Shown: one piece after another, positions 29,584 through 39,965 of the stretch
Layout of the letters: each line of letters starts with the position of its first letter
How positions within the stretch are numbered: the first letter of the stretch is position 1
Source: Alphaproteobacteria bacterium
Lineage (GTDB): Bacteria; Pseudomonadota; Alphaproteobacteria; SHVV01
DNA: 64,000 nt
Reading direction: 5' to 3'
NCBI GenBank assembly: GCA_965224275.1
Contig: CBDCYR010000009.1
Coordinates: 134,864 to 198,863, forward strand
The notes under the pieces: model-generated
What the model was told of the DNA's origin: nothing
The model's database searches: none
Seen by the model: only the letters and a program-made list of their open reading frames with translations
Position numbers and translations under genes: made by a program

Positions 29584-30568
29584 GGCGCGTCATCAATTTG
29601 GGATTCGAGGCTTCACGCACACCTTCCCCGACGAGGTTAAACGCCAGGACCACAACCAAGATCGCAAATCCCGGTACGAAAAACAGCCAAGGCGCATCGA
29701 AGATGTAAGCCTTGCCGTCGGATAGAATATTGCCCCAAGTGGCGAAGGGCGGTTGAACGCCAAAGCCGAGGAAGCTTAATGCGGATTCGATAAGAATCGC
29801 CGTGGCAACGCCGATGGTCGCGGACACCAGAACTGGAGAAAGCGCATTCGGCATGACGTGCACGAAGATGATGCGCCATTCGGGCAAGCCCGAGGCCTGG
29901 GCCGCGACGACGAAATCTCGGGATTTCAAGGACAGGAACTCGGCCCGCACGAAACGTGCCGTTGGCATCCAACTGGTGACGCCGATGACGATCATGATGT
30001 TGTAGATGCTCGCCGGCAACAGCGCGATCACGGTAAGAATAAGGAAAAAGGTCGGGAAGCAAAGCATCAGATCGGTAAAGCGCATGATGATCGAATCAAG
30101 CGTGAACGGTCCGATTTTCAGTTCGTCGTAGTAGCCCGCGAGCCCGCCGAGGATGATACCTAAAAGGGTAGATATGCCCACGGCAATGAAACCGATCGAC
30201 AGGGACACGAAGGATCCTTGGAGCATTCGCGCAACGACATCACGGCCCAGATCATCGGTCCCGAGCAGGTAAAGTCCGAGGAACGGGCCCTCCATTTCCG
30301 CAAGCTCCGCCGACGCCCAGGTCAAGGGCGGCTGAAGCTTGTCCGAAAGCCGTACGGTCGCAGGATCGAACAGGACATACCACTCGGTCAGCACTTTGCC
30401 GAGGACTGCGAATAGGGCGAGCACGATGAGCACCCAAAGCCCGAACATGGCCAACCGGTCGCGCCGGAACAGGGCCCAGGTTCTGGCAAACGGCGACTCC
30501 AAGCCGGCATCGTCAGGTCCGCCGTCATCGAAGGAACGGAATGGGTCAGCGGGCGTCGCGGAGGTCAT
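29576..30568 (-). CDS. ABC transporter permease (DppC/OppC-like)
   Basis: 330-aa integral membrane protein with the binding-protein-dependent permease motif (AAQASGLPEWRIIFVHVMPNALSPVLV). Confidence 0.8.
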   Translation of the reverse strand: MTSATPADPFRSFDDGGPDDAGLESPFARTWALFRRDRLAMFGLWVLIVLALFAVLGKVLTEWYVLFDPATVRLSDKLQPPLTWASAELAEMEGPFLGLYLLGTDDLGRDVVARMLQGSFVSLSIGFIAVGISTLLGIILGGLAGYYDELKIGPFTLDSIIMRFTDLMLCFPTFFLILTVIALLPASIYNIMIVIGVTSWMPTARFVRAEFLSLKSRDFVVAAQASGLPEWRIIFVHVMPNALSPVLVSATIGVATAILIESALSFLGFGVQPPFATWGNILSDGKAYIFDAPWLFFVPGFAILVVVLAFNLVGEGVREASNPKLMTRRA

Positions 30569-31527
30569 CTCAAGCTAATCCTTGGATCGACGACCGCGTA
30601 GAGGATATCCGACAGAAAGGTTCCCGCCAGGGTCAGGGCCGCGGCAAAGAAATTGATTGTCAGAATCAGCGGGAAATCCCGGGTCAGGATGGCATCGTAG
30701 CCAAGCCGTCCGATACCGGGCCACGCGAAGATTTGTTCGAAAATGACCGAACCGCCGATGAGTCCCGGCAGAAGCAATCCGAACATGGTCACGAAAGGCA
30801 GCAGCGCATTTCTAAGCGCGTGTTTGTAGATGACCGTGTCGCTATCGAGACCCTTCGCCCTTGCCGTGCGCACGTAGTCTTGAGAGATCACCTCCAACAT
30901 CTGCGAACGGACGTACCGCGACAGGATGGCAATCCCAGCAAGCGCAGATATGAACGATGGAATGGCGAGGTGCCACAACCTGTCCATGATCTGAAACGCG
31001 TAAGGCGCATCTTCCATACCGAAGGTGCGCATGCCGATGACTGGCACACCAAGCAAATTTACCGCACCGAGAATGAGAAGATAGGCAAGGAAGAATCCGG
31101 GAACCGAAATCAGGGCATAGGCCAGAAAGGTTGTACTTCGGTCGTAGGTGGACCCTCGCCGAATCGCCGCGTGGATACCGGTCGGAAAGGAAATGGTCCA
31201 GACCACGAGCGTGGCACAGAGGAACAGCGGAAGCGAGTTCAGGAACCTGGTCCAGATCTTCCCCAGGACCGGCTGACTGTCCTTGAACGACTTCAACTCA
31301 CCGGTGACCAGATCGCGCATCCAGTAGACATATTGCAGGTGGATCGGCGCATCGAGATGGAACGCCGCCCTGATCTTGGCCACGTCCTCCGCTTTGAGGC
31401 GCGGGTTTGACGGATCGACCGCCGTCGGTTCGCCAGGTGCCAGATGCACGACCGAATGTGCCACGATCGACACGAAAAACAGCAGCACCAGGCGCTGAAG
31501 CAGGTTGCGGAAAATGTAGGACCACAT
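30565..31527 (-). CDS. ABC transporter permease (DppB/OppB-like)
   Basis: 320 aa; TARAKGLDSDTVIYKHALRNALLP motif. Confidence 0.8.
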   Translation of the reverse strand: MWSYIFRNLLQRLVLLFFVSIVAHSVVHLAPGEPTAVDPSNPRLKAEDVAKIRAAFHLDAPIHLQYVYWMRDLVTGELKSFKDSQPVLGKIWTRFLNSLPLFLCATLVVWTISFPTGIHAAIRRGSTYDRSTTFLAYALISVPGFFLAYLLILGAVNLLGVPVIGMRTFGMEDAPYAFQIMDRLWHLAIPSFISALAGIAILSRYVRSQMLEVISQDYVRTARAKGLDSDTVIYKHALRNALLPFVTMFGLLLPGLIGGSVIFEQIFAWPGIGRLGYDAILTRDFPLILTINFFAAALTLAGTFLSDILYAVVDPRISLR

Positions 31528-31536
31528 GCGCCGACC

Positions 31537-33612
31537 CTAGAACCTCGGGGCGTGTTCGAGCTTGCGCCACCGGCTCAAAAAGAACAACAAGGGTTCAGCG
31601 TTGCGGGCGGCACGCACGGGAGAGAACTTACCGTCTGAATCGACCATGACGATTTTGCGGTCCAATACAGACATCGCGCGCCCGGTCATCAAGAACGTGT
31701 ACGGCTGATCCGCTGCGATGACCGCGTGAAGCTGATGGGCGAGCCTCTCCTGCTCGGCAGGATCGTACTCGCGCCGGATGCGCTCGATCAGGTCGTCGGC
31801 CTGCGGGTTGTTGTAGCCAACGAAATTGAGCTGCTTGGGCCCGGCCTGACTCGAATGCCAGAGCTGGAACTGATCGGGATCAAACCCCAATCTCCAACCC
31901 AGGATCACGGCATCGAAGTTCCCGTTGTCTACGAAATCGGACAAGAACACGGTCCATTCGAAGACCTGCGTATGGACCCTCACACCGATCTGTCGCCACG
32001 CCTGCTGCACGATCGTCATGATCGCTTTACGGACGGTGTTCCCGTTGTTGGTAATCAAGTTGAATTCCAGGACTTTGCCGCCCTTCTCGAGCCAGCCGTC
32101 GTCGTTGCGCGACCAACCCGCTTCCGCAAGCAGTTCGAGCGCACCCGCCGGATCGTAGGGCAGTGGCTGAATGGCGGGATCATACCACCGGGTGATGATT
32201 GGATAGGGTCCGGTGACGCGCTCGCCCTCGTCATAGAGGACGTGCTTGATGATCTGGTCGACGTCGATCGCCATTCCCAAGGCTCGAGGCACGCGGCGAT
32301 CTTTGAATAAGGGCCGACGATTGTTATAGCCGATGTAGCTGTAACCGGGCGTCACGGTCGAAATCCCGCGATAGCGATCGTCCTTCCGGTAACGTGCGAT
32401 CTGGTGAGGCAAGGGCGAAAAGGCGTCGACCGCACCGCTGCGGAACTCCACTTCCTGGGTCAGCAGGTCCGGGATGACGCGATAATGAAAACTGCGATAG
32501 AACGGTGGGCTGTCCCAATAGTCGTCGTTGCGTTTGAGATGGATCAGCTCATCGCTCTGCCAGGCGACGAACCTAAAAGCACCAGTCCCGACAGGGGCCC
32601 GGTTGAACGGTGACTCGCGCATTCCGGCGACCGCCGCATCGTCGTCTGCGGTATCTCGCGCCCTCGGGTCAAGCAGGTGTTGCGGCAGGATACCCATGAG
32701 CCAGGCATTGATGGCAGGCGAGAACAAACGCTTGTAAACGACTTTGATCGTGTGGCTGTCGATTACTTCGATCCGGTCGATGGGCTCGAAATCGGACGTT
32801 CGCGGCGAAAGGTTTTTCGAATCCATAATCGCGTTGAAAGTAAATACGACATCGTTGGCATCGAACGGCTCACCGTCGTGGAAACGGACGTCGCGGCGCA
32901 ATTTGAAGGTGATTTCCGGATTGTGGGAGAGCACCGGAAATCGGGCGAAAAGTGCTGTCCTGATTTGCTCTGTGTCCTTCGGCTCGACCTCGGTCCAGGC
33001 GGCGCGGTCGATGTTTTCGCCATAGCCGTTCGGCAGTACCGGCGACAACCTCGACAATAGATCCGGGTCCACCTTGCTCAAACGAAGTGCGATCCGTGAC
33101 GGTCGCTCGATAGCGATTGTTCTTGCCTTTTCCCCCGATTTTACGGGCACGAGGTCACCAAGGATGAGCTCTCTGGCGGGCTCTATAGCAATCTCTACTA
33201 CCGATGATTTCAGGGTCTCGTCCGCAGAACCGGATATGTGCGCCTTGAGTCTTCGGACAAGCTCAGGGCCCGTTGCGCTGACACCATCCGCGAACTGCGC
33301 CGTGTCGTCGATCAGTAGATATGCGGTTTCGGAGATCCTCCAAGACTCGGCCAGGCGCCCTTCGAGGTGGCCGTTCTCGTCGAGTCGCAGCAAGCCATCG
33401 AATACAAGGTCTACGATACGGCTGCTGGCCGTATCCGCATTCAGAATAGGATTGAGAATCTGGGCGTCGCCGATCGAACCCAAGATAAATTTCGAAAGCC
33501 GCGACGGCCCAGCCACCGTTTGGTTGTCATAGCCCGGCACCCAGAAATAGGCTTGCAATAGGGCAAGAAGCACCAGTAACGGAGCCGCCAACAAAATAGT
33601 CTTCGGCTTCAT
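31537..33612 (-). CDS. ABC transporter substrate-binding protein, family 5 (peptide/opine type), unusually long (691 aa)
   Basis: N-terminal signal peptide (MKPKTILLAAPLLVLLALLQA) and family-5 binding-protein fold; first gene of the Dpp-like operon, 13 bp after yejA. Confidence 0.8.
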   Translation of the reverse strand: MKPKTILLAAPLLVLLALLQAYFWVPGYDNQTVAGPSRLSKFILGSIGDAQILNPILNADTASSRIVDLVFDGLLRLDENGHLEGRLAESWRISETAYLLIDDTAQFADGVSATGPELVRRLKAHISGSADETLKSSVVEIAIEPARELILGDLVPVKSGEKARTIAIERPSRIALRLSKVDPDLLSRLSPVLPNGYGENIDRAAWTEVEPKDTEQIRTALFARFPVLSHNPEITFKLRRDVRFHDGEPFDANDVVFTFNAIMDSKNLSPRTSDFEPIDRIEVIDSHTIKVVYKRLFSPAINAWLMGILPQHLLDPRARDTADDDAAVAGMRESPFNRAPVGTGAFRFVAWQSDELIHLKRNDDYWDSPPFYRSFHYRVIPDLLTQEVEFRSGAVDAFSPLPHQIARYRKDDRYRGISTVTPGYSYIGYNNRRPLFKDRRVPRALGMAIDVDQIIKHVLYDEGERVTGPYPIITRWYDPAIQPLPYDPAGALELLAEAGWSRNDDGWLEKGGKVLEFNLITNNGNTVRKAIMTIVQQAWRQIGVRVHTQVFEWTVFLSDFVDNGNFDAVILGWRLGFDPDQFQLWHSSQAGPKQLNFVGYNNPQADDLIERIRREYDPAEQERLAHQLHAVIAADQPYTFLMTGRAMSVLDRKIVMVDSDGKFSPVRAARNAEPLLFFLSRWRKLEHAPRF

Positions 33613-33624
33613 ATGCGGCCGCGA

Positions 33625-35490
33625 TCAGTTCGATTTCTTCAACGACGACACACCGGCTTTGAGCGCTTTGGCTTTCGTTGAGTCGATCCACCAGGTGTCG
33701 AAGCCAAACCCGTATTTGGGAGCGATTTTGGGTCGGCTGAACTTGTTCCAATACGCGACTCGGAAGCTTTGGCTGTGATATTGCGGGATCACGTAGTGAC
33801 CCCATAGAAGCACACGATCGAGGGCCCGGGTTCGCGCGATCAGACTTTCACGGGTTGGCGCGTTGATTACGAGAGAAATCAGTTCGTCGACGACCGGATC
33901 GCGGATACCAATGATGTTGCGGCTGCCGTCGACGTCAGCCTTCGAAGAATGCCAGAAATCTATCTGTTCATTACCCGGCGATAGCGACTGGCCGAACGAC
34001 GAAACCACGATATCGAAGTCGAAACTGTCGGTGCGGTTCTGATATTGAGCGGTATCGACTACGCGAATACGCGCTTTGATGCCGAGCCGAGCCATGTTTT
34101 TGACTATCGGTCCAACAATGCGCTCGAAGGTCGGCTGCACGATCAGGAACTCGACTTCCATCTCCTGGTTGGTATTAGGGTCGATGAGCTTGCGGTCTTT
34201 GACGCGAAAGCCAGCGGATTCGAGAAGTTTCTTGGCTTGGCGTAGGTTGCGGCGGATCTTGCCCGAGCCGTCAGTCTTCGGCGGTTCAAAAGTCTGGGTA
34301 AAGACTTCATCAGGCACCCTACCGCGATAACGTTCGAGGATCTTGAGCTCCTCGCCACTCGGCAGTCCGCTCGATGCTAGCTCCGAATTGCTGAAGAAGC
34401 TCTTCGTGCGCGCGTACTGGCCGTAAAACAGGTTGATGTTCGACCACTCGAAATCAAACGCGAGGGAAAAGGCCTGGCGGACCCGGCGGTCAGAAAACAT
34501 CGGGCGACGCGTGTTGAATACGAAGGCCTGCATTCCCGTGGGAATCTCGTGGCGGATTTCCTCGGTGACCACCAGACTGCTGCGTGCGGCAGGGAAATCG
34601 TAACCAGTTGCCCAGGCTTTCGCGACGTTCTCCAGACGAAAGTCGTACTCGCCCGCCTTGAACGCTTCGAGCGCGACGGTTTGATCGAGATAATAGTCGA
34701 TGCGGATACGATCGAAATTATGGCGACCGCGGTGGACCGGGAGGTCTTTGCCCCAATAATCCGGAACCCGTTCGTAGGTGATCGAGCGACCGGAATCGAG
34801 TTTGAGTACACGGTAGGGGCCGCTGCCGAGCGGCGGCTCAAGGGTCGTTTTCTCGAAATCGTGAGTCTCGTAATAGTGCTTGGGTAGCACGGTGAGTTGA
34901 CCGAGAATTCCGGGTAGTTCGCGATTGTTGGGATCGTTGACCGTGAACTTCACCTGGCGCGGTCCGAGCGCTTCGACCTTGGTCACCGCGCTCCAATACG
35001 CGCGATAGAAGGGGTGGCCGCGTTTGGTCAGCGCTTCGAAGCTGAACACCACATCTGCCGAGGTGATCGGCATGCCGTCGTGCCAGCGTGCTTCAGGCCG
35101 CAGGTTGAACACCATGCTGCGGTTGTCGTCGGCGATTTCTAGCGATTCAGCGATCGCGCCGTAGCCGGCGAACGCCTCATCGAGCGAACTTTCCGTCAGT
35201 GATTCGTAGATCAGGCCGATACCGTTCGCCGGCTGCCCCTTCAGAATAAATGGATTGAGGCTGTCGAAAGTCCCGATAGCGTATTGGCGCACAAAGCCGC
35301 CCTTGGGCGCGGATGGATTTACGTAGTCGAAATGCTTGAAATCGGGTGCGTATTTGAGGTCGCCGAGTAGCGCAAAACCGTGCAGGCGCTCCGCCGCAAA
35401 GACGACCCCTGTCGCCAAGGCGGTCAGAGCCAACGCACCAGCAAGCGAGAGGCTTGCTCGCAACCATGTCGTTATCCAGATCTTGCGCAT
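33625..35490 (-). CDS. yejA: YejA-type periplasmic substrate-binding protein (family 5)
   Basis: Start at MRKIW (ATG 35490, GGAGGAAAG Shine-Dalgarno) with signal peptide; parallels E. coli YejA over the full length (KHFDYVNPSAPKGG...RWHDGMPITSADVVFSFE...NRGRHNFDRIRIDYYLD...FDFEWSN...DTWWIDSTKA). Confidence 0.85.
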   Translation of the reverse strand: MRKIWITTWLRASLSLAGALALTALATGVVFAAERLHGFALLGDLKYAPDFKHFDYVNPSAPKGGFVRQYAIGTFDSLNPFILKGQPANGIGLIYESLTESSLDEAFAGYGAIAESLEIADDNRSMVFNLRPEARWHDGMPITSADVVFSFEALTKRGHPFYRAYWSAVTKVEALGPRQVKFTVNDPNNRELPGILGQLTVLPKHYYETHDFEKTTLEPPLGSGPYRVLKLDSGRSITYERVPDYWGKDLPVHRGRHNFDRIRIDYYLDQTVALEAFKAGEYDFRLENVAKAWATGYDFPAARSSLVVTEEIRHEIPTGMQAFVFNTRRPMFSDRRVRQAFSLAFDFEWSNINLFYGQYARTKSFFSNSELASSGLPSGEELKILERYRGRVPDEVFTQTFEPPKTDGSGKIRRNLRQAKKLLESAGFRVKDRKLIDPNTNQEMEVEFLIVQPTFERIVGPIVKNMARLGIKARIRVVDTAQYQNRTDSFDFDIVVSSFGQSLSPGNEQIDFWHSSKADVDGSRNIIGIRDPVVDELISLVINAPTRESLIARTRALDRVLLWGHYVIPQYHSQSFRVAYWNKFSRPKIAPKYGFGFDTWWIDSTKAKALKAGVSSLKKSN

Positions 35491-35577
35491 AGCTTTCCTC
35501 CGTCGATCTCGCTCGCTGCGCGGACCCTCCTGATTATTGGTGGGTCGGCAGGTATCGACAACCCGTGTTGGATGCAC

Positions 35578-36366
35578 CTATTCGTGAAGAGCGGCAAGCG
35601 CCCGCTCGTGAAGCGTGCGATCGCCCGCGGCCAGCACGCATCCGGCACTGTTGAGGTCGAGCGGCTGACCGTGCCAGTCCGTCATGATCCCACCAGCACC
35701 CTCGACAACCGGCACCAGCGCGGCGATGTCATGATTGTGCATCGAGCACTCGCTCACGAGATCGACAAACCCGGTCGCCAGCAAGGCGAACGCGTAGCAG
35801 TCAGCGCTGTACTGGGTCATACGCACCTTTGCCTCGAGGTGTTTGAAGGCGGTAAGCTGAGAATCGCCATACCATTCGTGTCCGGTGGTAAAGAGCACCG
35901 CCTCGGCAAGATCCGGGCACGGCCGTACTGTCACCGGTTGGTCGCCGAGCAGGGTCGAGCGGCCGTGACAACCGAGCCATCGCTCTCCTGATATCGGCTG
36001 ATCGATCACCCCGAGCACCGGTGTTTTCCGATGGCACAGCGCGATCAACGTGCCAAATAGCGGTTTGCCGGTGATAAACGAGCGCGTGCCGTCGATCGGA
36101 TCGAGCACCCACACGAACTCTGCGTCGACGCGAACATCGTCGAGTTCTTCGCCGATGATGCCATGGTCGGGGTAGCTGTTCTCGATCAACGCCCGCAGCG
36201 CCGCCTCGGCTTCGCGATCGGCGATGGTTACCGGGCTGTGATCGGATTTGGTGTCGACCGGGATGGGTTGGCGGTAGTAGCGCCGGATCACGTCGCCCGA
36301 GGCATCCGCGAGTCGCCGGGCAAATCCGGCCAACGAATCCAGCAGCGCCGGATCAAGATCCGGCAT
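35578..36366 (-). CDS. inositol monophosphatase family protein (possibly histidinol-phosphatase HisN)
   Basis: IMPase motifs (EELD...WVLDPIDGT...); 262 aa. Confidence 0.75.
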   Translation of the reverse strand: MPDLDPALLDSLAGFARRLADASGDVIRRYYRQPIPVDTKSDHSPVTIADREAEAALRALIENSYPDHGIIGEELDDVRVDAEFVWVLDPIDGTRSFITGKPLFGTLIALCHRKTPVLGVIDQPISGERWLGCHGRSTLLGDQPVTVRPCPDLAEAVLFTTGHEWYGDSQLTAFKHLEAKVRMTQYSADCYAFALLATGFVDLVSECSMHNHDIAALVPVVEGAGGIMTDWHGQPLDLNSAGCVLAAGDRTLHERALAALHE

Positions 36367-36406
36367 CTCAAGAACCGATTTCAGCGGGCCGCGACGGGAC
36401 GGCGAA

Positions 36407-36936
36407 TTATTGGGGTAGTGGCAGCGGCGAGGCGCTGAGGCTGCGCAAATAAAAGATCAGATTGGCACGTTGTTCGGCCTTTCTGAGGCCCTTGAAGGTC
36501 ATTTTCGTGCCCTTAACCGCTTTCTTGGGGCTGGTCAGGAACGCATCAAGCCGGGCGTAGTCCCAGGCACCGCCAAATTTTTTCAGGGCGCCGGAATAGC
36601 CAAATCCGGCAACCGAAGCGACGTTACGGCCCAACACGCCCCAAAGATTGGGGCCGACCTTCTTTTTGCCACCCTGATCGAAGGTGTGGCACGACTTGCA
36701 TTTCTTGGCGACTTTGACGCCGGATTTGACATCGCCCGACGCCAGCAAGACGGGTAATGGCGGAACCTCTTTGGCTACGGTCGCAGCGCCGCTGCTGCCG
36801 TCGACAGCGACGGCCATTGCCGTCTCTACTGGGATGTGCGGATGGAAAACCTCATTGGCAAGAATATGCAGCACGACGATGAAAAGAACGGTGGCCAATA
36901 GGGCGCCAGCGATCTTATTGATGAATAAGGTGTCCA
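36407..36936 (-). CDS. membrane-anchored c-type cytochrome (CycM / cytochrome c552-like)
   Basis: N-terminal TM anchor then a heme-binding CKSCH motif and a Met-containing C-terminal region; start taken at [11 protein letters not shown] (36936). Confidence 0.75.
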
Positions 36937-37057
36937 TTGGGTTTTCCCGATGATCGATTGGCCGGAGATTAACGGCTTCCGCGCTGTACACGCAACCCGT
37001 ATAAAGGTTTTTCACCCGCCTCCGACCCGCTCAAGCGGTCCCAGGCTGCGCTATCGG

Positions 37058-37831
37058 ATGAGCTCACCCCACGCCCCTGCGATTGTCATTCCCGCGCGGA
37101 TGACCTCAACCCGGCTTCCGGGCAAGCCGCTCGCCGACATTGCCGGTGAGCCCATGATCGTGCACGTCTGGCGGCGCGCGTGCGAAGCCGATATCGGACG
37201 GGTGATCGTCGCGTGTTCAGAATCTGAGGTCGCCGACGCCGTACGCGACCATGGCGGTGAGGCCGTGATGACGCGGCCAGATCACCAGAGCGGCTCGGAC
37301 CGTATCTTCGAGGCAATGAGCCGCATAGACAGCGACCAGCAAATCGACGCGGTGATCAATCTTCAGGGCGATCTGCCCCTAATCGATGCCATTGCGATTC
37401 GTGCGTCACTTGCTCCGCTGGCGGATGTCGATGTCGATATCGCGACCCTGATTGCCGAAATCGTGGAGACCGGGGAGCGCGACGACCCTAATGTGGTCAA
37501 GGCAATCGTGTCGTTCGATCCGGCAGCCGACGGTGATCGGGCACGGACTGGCCGCGCACTCTACTTTACGCGGGCCACCGCACCGTCGGGCGAAGGTCCG
37601 CTCTACCACCACATTGGCCTCTATGCCTTTCGCCGAACTGCGCTCGAACGCTTCGTCGAACTGCCGCCGTCGACCCTGGAGCAGCGGGAGCGACTCGAAC
37701 AGTTGCGCGCGCTCGAAGCCGGCATGCGGATCGATGCGGTGCTCGTTGACAGCGTTCCGGTCGGTGTCGATACTCCGGCCGACCTTGCGCGGGTGCGGCA
37801 GCTATTCGCCGCAAAGCAAGGCGATACCTAG
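37058..37831 (+). CDS. kdsB: 3-deoxy-manno-octulosonate cytidylyltransferase (CMP-KDO synthetase)
   Basis: Start at [38 protein letters not shown]; typical KdsB sequence (NLQGDLP..., ...HIGLYAFR...). Confidence 0.85.
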   Translation: MSSPHAPAIVIPARMTSTRLPGKPLADIAGEPMIVHVWRRACEADIGRVIVACSESEVADAVRDHGGEAVMTRPDHQSGSDRIFEAMSRIDSDQQIDAVINLQGDLPLIDAIAIRASLAPLADVDVDIATLIAEIVETGERDDPNVVKAIVSFDPAADGDRARTGRALYFTRATAPSGEGPLYHHIGLYAFRRTALERFVELPPSTLEQRERLEQLRALEAGMRIDAVLVDSVPVGVDTPADLARVRQLFAAKQGDT

Positions 37832-37843
37832 GATTCTTTCGCG

Positions 37844-38725
37844 ATGAGCAGGCCGGAAACCGCCGTCAATGCCGACCCCGAGCGGACGGTCGCCTTCCAG
37901 GGACTGCCGGGCGCTTACTCCCATTTGGCGTGCCGCGAAGCGATGCCCGATATGGTGCCGTTGCCGTGCGCGGCCTTCGACGATGCCTTCGCCGCAGTCA
38001 GCGACGGCAGCGCGCGTTACGGTATGATCCCAATCGAAAACTCAGTCGCGGGCCGAGTCGCCGATATTCACCATCTGCTGCCCGATTCCAGTCTCTACAT
38101 CGTCGGTGAGCACTTTCAACGCGTGCAGCATCAATTGCTGGGGATCGAAGGCGCACCGATCGACGGGATCGCACACGTTCACAGCCACATTCACGCGCTA
38201 TCGCAATGCCGTGCGTTTCTGCGCCGTCATGCCTTGAACCCCACCGTTCATGCCGACACCGCAGGAGCCGCGGCAGAGGTCGCCAAACGCGGCGATCCCA
38301 GCCAAGCCGCGATCGCATCGGCGCTCGCGGCCGAGACCTATGGGTTGGAAATTCTAAAAGCCGATATCGAAGACGCTGAGCACAACACGACCCGATTTGT
38401 CGTGTTATCGAAGCGCCAGGAGCGGCCCGAGGTCGGCACCGTACCGTGCATGACGAGTATGGTGTTCCGGGTTCGCAACGTGCCGGCGGCGCTCTACAAA
38501 TCGATGGGCGGATTTGCCACCAATGGCGTCAATATGGTGAAACTGGAGAGCTATCAGCTCGGCGGCAGCTTCGCGGCGACCCAGTTCTACGCCGATGTCG
38601 AAGGCCATCCTGACGATCCCGCGGTCGCCCGCGCGCTCGACGAATTGCAGTATTTTTCCAGCCACGTGAAGATATTGGGCGTCTACCCGGCCCATCCGGC
38701 GCGCGCGGAGACGCTTGGGGGCTAA
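37844..38725 (+). CDS. pheA: prephenate dehydratase
   Basis: PDT domain (VAFQGLPGAYSH...IPIENSVAGRV...TRFVVLS) followed by an ACT domain (SMVFRVRNVPAALYKSMGGFATNGVNMVKLESY). Confidence 0.85.
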   Translation: MSRPETAVNADPERTVAFQGLPGAYSHLACREAMPDMVPLPCAAFDDAFAAVSDGSARYGMIPIENSVAGRVADIHHLLPDSSLYIVGEHFQRVQHQLLGIEGAPIDGIAHVHSHIHALSQCRAFLRRHALNPTVHADTAGAAAEVAKRGDPSQAAIASALAAETYGLEILKADIEDAEHNTTRFVVLSKRQERPEVGTVPCMTSMVFRVRNVPAALYKSMGGFATNGVNMVKLESYQLGGSFAATQFYADVEGHPDDPAVARALDELQYFSSHVKILGVYPAHPARAETLGG

Positions 38726-38740
38726 CGCTTTCCGGCGCCG

Positions 38741-39661
38741 CTAAGCTTCGTCGTCGACCCACCATCGGATCAATTGGTGGGCGATCGCCAGGGATGGTGG
38801 GATTTTTAGGCCGGTTTCCGGATCACCGCCGTTTAGCGCGTTGACCACCTGGGCGCGGTTGAACCAGTTGGCATCCTCGATCTCGACCGGATCGCGCTCG
38901 ATCTGTTCACTCTTGCCTTCGCCGATGCAGCCGATCATGAGCGAGGCCGGAAACGGCCATGGCTGGGAGGAGTGGTAGCGCACATCGCCGACCGCGATCC
39001 CGCACTCCTCGAGCACCTCACGGCGCACCGCCTCTTCAATCGATTCGCCGGGTTCCATGAAGCCGGCCAGGCACGAGTAGAGGTCGGTCGGGAAGCGGGC
39101 CGATCGTCCCAGCAGGCAAACGCCGGGCCGTCGTATCAGGGTTATCACCACCGGGTCGGTGCGCGGAAAGTGTTGCGCCGCGCATGCCGGTGCCGTGCAA
39201 TTGCGCTGGTAGCCACCCTCTAACGCGATCGTCGGTGCACCGCAAACCGCGCAGTGGGTATGACGATTGTGCCAGTCGATCAGCGCCCGCGCCTGGGCAA
39301 TGATGCCGGCCTCAGCCAGTGGTACCAACGAGCCCAAGGCGCGAACCTCGCCAAACCGGCCGAGTTCTGTGAACGGCGGAGCGTCGTCGTCGGATGCGTG
39401 CGAGACGTCGATCGCAAACCGCGCCGCGTCGCCGTCAAGACCGAGGAAAACGCATTTGTTGTCCGCGCCGAGGAAGGGGCTCGCGACGGTGGCGGGCTGC
39501 CAAGCTATTTGCGGCGCAGCCGCGTCGGTGACCAGAGCATTGAGCTTCCACAACAGCAGAAAACGAGTGCCGGGCTCCTGCAGCCGGTCGCCCAGCCAAG
39601 CTTGGTCACGACGCAGATTGGCGGCGCGATCGAGCGGATTGCCGGCAAAGACATTGATCAT
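38741..39661 (-). CDS. nudC: NAD+ diphosphatase (NADH pyrophosphatase NudC, Nudix hydrolase with zinc ribbon)
   Basis: Zn-ribbon CAVCGAPT...C...C followed by a Nudix box (GFMEPGESIEEAVRREVLEECGI). Confidence 0.8.
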   Translation of the reverse strand: MINVFAGNPLDRAANLRRDQAWLGDRLQEPGTRFLLLWKLNALVTDAAAPQIAWQPATVASPFLGADNKCVFLGLDGDAARFAIDVSHASDDDAPPFTELGRFGEVRALGSLVPLAEAGIIAQARALIDWHNRHTHCAVCGAPTIALEGGYQRNCTAPACAAQHFPRTDPVVITLIRRPGVCLLGRSARFPTDLYSCLAGFMEPGESIEEAVRREVLEECGIAVGDVRYHSSQPWPFPASLMIGCIGEGKSEQIERDPVEIEDANWFNRAQVVNALNGGDPETGLKIPPSLAIAHQLIRWWVDDEA

Positions 39662-39778
39662 GGAGTGTGAGGTATCAGGGATGGGGAAACAGATAAAGGG
39701 ACCGATAACAAATTTGGGAAAATTGACGGATCACTCGCTCTGAATCCTGATTTCCGCTCGACGAGCCTGATATAGTGC

Positions 39779-39877
39779 GGTGGGGGCTGGCGGTGGACGG
39801 AACGCTCGCCAACCCGGTCAGGTCCGGAAGGAAGCAGCCGTAACGAGTTTGTCTCCGGGTCGCCTCACCAGTCCCCA
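39779..39877 (+). ncRNA. ffs: signal recognition particle RNA (4.5S RNA, small bacterial type)
   Basis: Contains the invariant domain IV sequence GGUCAGGUCCGGAAGGAAGCAGCC; 5' GUGGGGGCUGG pairs with 3' CCAGUCCCCAC (one G-U); located just upstream of dnaX. Confidence 0.9.
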
Positions 39878-39965
39878 CTGATTTGGTCGCTGCCCCTGGT
39901 TAGCTGCGCTTGATCCAGCTACCTTTTGGGCAATCCGTCAGAGTTCGGGAGTTCCGCGCGTCGCG

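Noticed and set aside
30541-31410. 289-aa plus-strand ORF (and 23836..24501, 23263..23805, 35380..35991, 22021..22635)
   Set aside because: All antisense to well-supported ABC transporter or dehydrogenase genes, with Arg/Asp-rich low-complexity translations.
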